A stretch of 64,000 nucleotides of DNA from Eubacteriales bacterium (GTDB lineage Bacteria > Bacillota > Clostridia > Oscillospirales > CAG-382): assembly GCA_045652245.1 (NCBI GenBank), contig JAZRTY010000043.1:501-64500 (forward strand), in the 5' to 3' direction. Every line of letters starts with the position of its first letter. Positions within the stretch are counted from its first letter, which is position 1. Both the position numbers and the translations under genes were made by a program. Of the stretch, positions 63,401-64,000 are shown one piece after another. The notes under the pieces were generated by a model. That model was not told the DNA's origin. It was given only the letters and a program-made list of their open reading frames with translations, and did no database searches.

Positions 63401-63816
63401 GCACGAACGAGCATGGTATATGCATCCTGAAGGATAATAGAGCCTTTAGGATCGAATATAGTTTCACTCTTTCCCTTGATTATACCCTTGACATTTGCCC
63501 AGGATATTGTATGATAATAGAACGGGTCATCAAGGTCAGTAAAGCTTGTGGAATTTACGCCACCTTGTCTTTCCTCCCCAGCCTTTAAAAGTCTAAATAT
63601 AAAGGTAGCCATCTGCTGACGGGTAACCTTTTCTTTTGTTCCGAATGTAGTTTCTGTTGTACCTGTTGTAATTCCCACACTTGACAAAAGCTCAACTGCT
63701 TTTGTAAGAGTTTCATCTGATGCGGGAACATCGGTAAATTTAGCTGCGTTTGCCGTGAAAGCAATCGCACCGATTGACATAACAACCGACAACATCAATG
63801 CGAGAAATCTTCTCAT
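60466..63816 (-). CDS. Large secreted SLH-domain cell-surface protein (S-layer-like), ~1117 aa
   Basis: Signal peptide MRRFLALMLSVVMSIGAIAFTANA (start at ATG 63816, 8 nt after AGGAGG). N-terminal SLH repeats (FTDVPASDETLTKAVELL..., FTDLDDPFYYHTISWAN...). The long C-terminal region is unassigned. Confidence 0.88.
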   Translation of the reverse strand: MRRFLALMLSVVMSIGAIAFTANAAKFTDVPASDETLTKAVELLSSVGITTGTTETTFGTKEKVTRQQMATFIFRLLKAGEERQGGVNSTSFTDLDDPFYYHTISWANVKGIIKGKSETIFDPKGSIILQDAYTMLVRALEHEKTGVLSYPIGYIEKAEEIGLDKGLSSKVDYTTALTRGDVAVLLYNAFFANMGTGNTAYENIYEEVNPDTLEAYLNLVEIRPYTVYDTIASKIYNMKKTVQRVVATPNYSLDNFKQTKEGDELVRLSVFDDEYAGDEDLFGEIDLESLKLPGTPDDLFLLDISIYYAEDDGDIEIYASNVIGEKKEAVAGGSGIFELSAGTAKKDYMFIDAYGNKIKKFTGKVTVGNLNGYLFNAPWSFIRPSEISYEAQNADNASFIYLDATQRDPKSEEFVQDYNFKSHRDALGRGYEYWSQTGLVGVDYDSNGMAGREVILKDEYHDERGGGLYSPWGLYKGMMFNLTSTSTKTYELDVWDSDGDGRIEYIWYKPYTAGVAETDDVQTFNEAHNVEFDRITGQEPNGRALFNYGPVYEAKEVPTIYTYGATNAGIDFLDGQIIKGYVNGPANYMKVTATQELTYQTLKFDKYDLANDGSISSRYFNGKAYSYSSGQYTYIGLPVNTGRPSTLSAARYYSMANVLYVNSAYTDMYYTKDDLEKEYLFAAVDNIVLHVKPADTLLPEKYAIIFPNDDTGEYCLSVPVGKVENGVLMKTADYVPALIDGVRVDVPAKVDSTTPESEDYPGRYDFSNYLGKLLSYTKNSKDEYIFKVAPADAHSDPEKLKTADEDVFYVYQDNTGIDTPALIKRTNGYYQFVGVNGSQYNNAAVSPFRYLDILDTTVIVIETVDEHGEKVFKTYTKDTMPEWGPTNTLTNVKYIVKNNPGSSLIENLVYMYAQMDSEEEGYVRNIYDYRIIKSVKTAKVDDEYIKYYDVYNPFTGTIEEEYEATNDLPDGFENAIYPLTTKGYISESNKMGSVEVLGKVATDEITKDEQGLGLRRIEFFDGDMGLLSVYDEEKLFKVDSKTIVTYLDLEAETIEKKSASFLSSTAKTYRCGENKDLPLVAFIASSEIKNDDDFEHAELVVVVRYDALESTLENLN

Positions 63817-63871
63817 TTTCATTTCCTCCTGAAAGATGGTAATTCTGCAAAGTAACTTTGCCCATGCTGAT

Positions 63872-63900
63872 ATTATAATATAAATTTTTCTATTTTGCAA
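63872..63900 (-). promoter_or_regulatory. Promoter of the SLH protein gene
   Basis: Minus strand reads TTGCAA (63895-63900), 17 nt, TATAAT (63872-63877), leaving a ~50-nt leader that contains a gcaaagt-tactttgc hairpin. Confidence 0.55.
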
Positions 63901-64000
63901 GTGTTTTTTTACTTGTAACATATTTGTAACAAATTCTTTCAACTAAAATGGTGAAATAAGGAAAACATTGGTGTATAATGGATATGTAACACAGAAAAAT

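Noticed and set aside
1-64000. Mobile genetic element, genomic island or defence locus
   Set aside because: No integrase, transposase, recombinase, restriction-modification, toxin-antitoxin, cas or phage genes were recognisable in any frame. The only mobility-like signals are the tRNA-flanking repeats reported above.

Overview
Chromosomal window from a low-GC anaerobic Firmicute of the class Clostridia. The markers are spo0A, the SCIFF scfA/scfB pair, SLH-domain wall proteins, a CIRCE-controlled hrcA-grpE-dnaK-dnaJ operon and a Re-citrate-synthase-type oxidative TCA branch. I support about 50 protein genes, three tRNAs (Gln, Met, Glu), a long-form SRP RNA, and several consensus sigma-A promoters and intrinsic terminators. 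I found no transposase, integrase, phage gene, cas gene, CRISPR array or recognisable defence gene. Most genes are housekeeping: chaperones, nth, mscS, TCA branch, recR/ybaB, mglBAC, rlmB, typA, rluA-like. The parts that merit a second look are: (1) an AraC-controlled operon of Fe-ADH, a beta-propeller and a glycyl radical enzyme whose Cys loop reads GCNQ instead of GCVE, with no activase nearby; (2) a 781-aa membrane protein that looks like a P1B-type ATPase with every catalytic motif lost; (3) gene-free, repeat-rich DNA beside the tRNA genes, holding inverted arrays of AATGATG/CATCATT-spaced mini-hairpins, duplicated tRNA-Glu T-arm fragments with a 14-bp VNTR, and a roughly 640-nt promoter-to-terminator unit with no convincing ORF; (4) tandem leaderless beta-helix paralogues and an SGNH-SLH protein that share an unassigned C-terminal module; (5) the SCIFF ranthipeptide locus, whose maturase stop overlaps the start of a PLP-dependent decarboxylase. 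All domain calls rest on reading motifs by eye, with no searches run. RNA ends and start codons are approximate.
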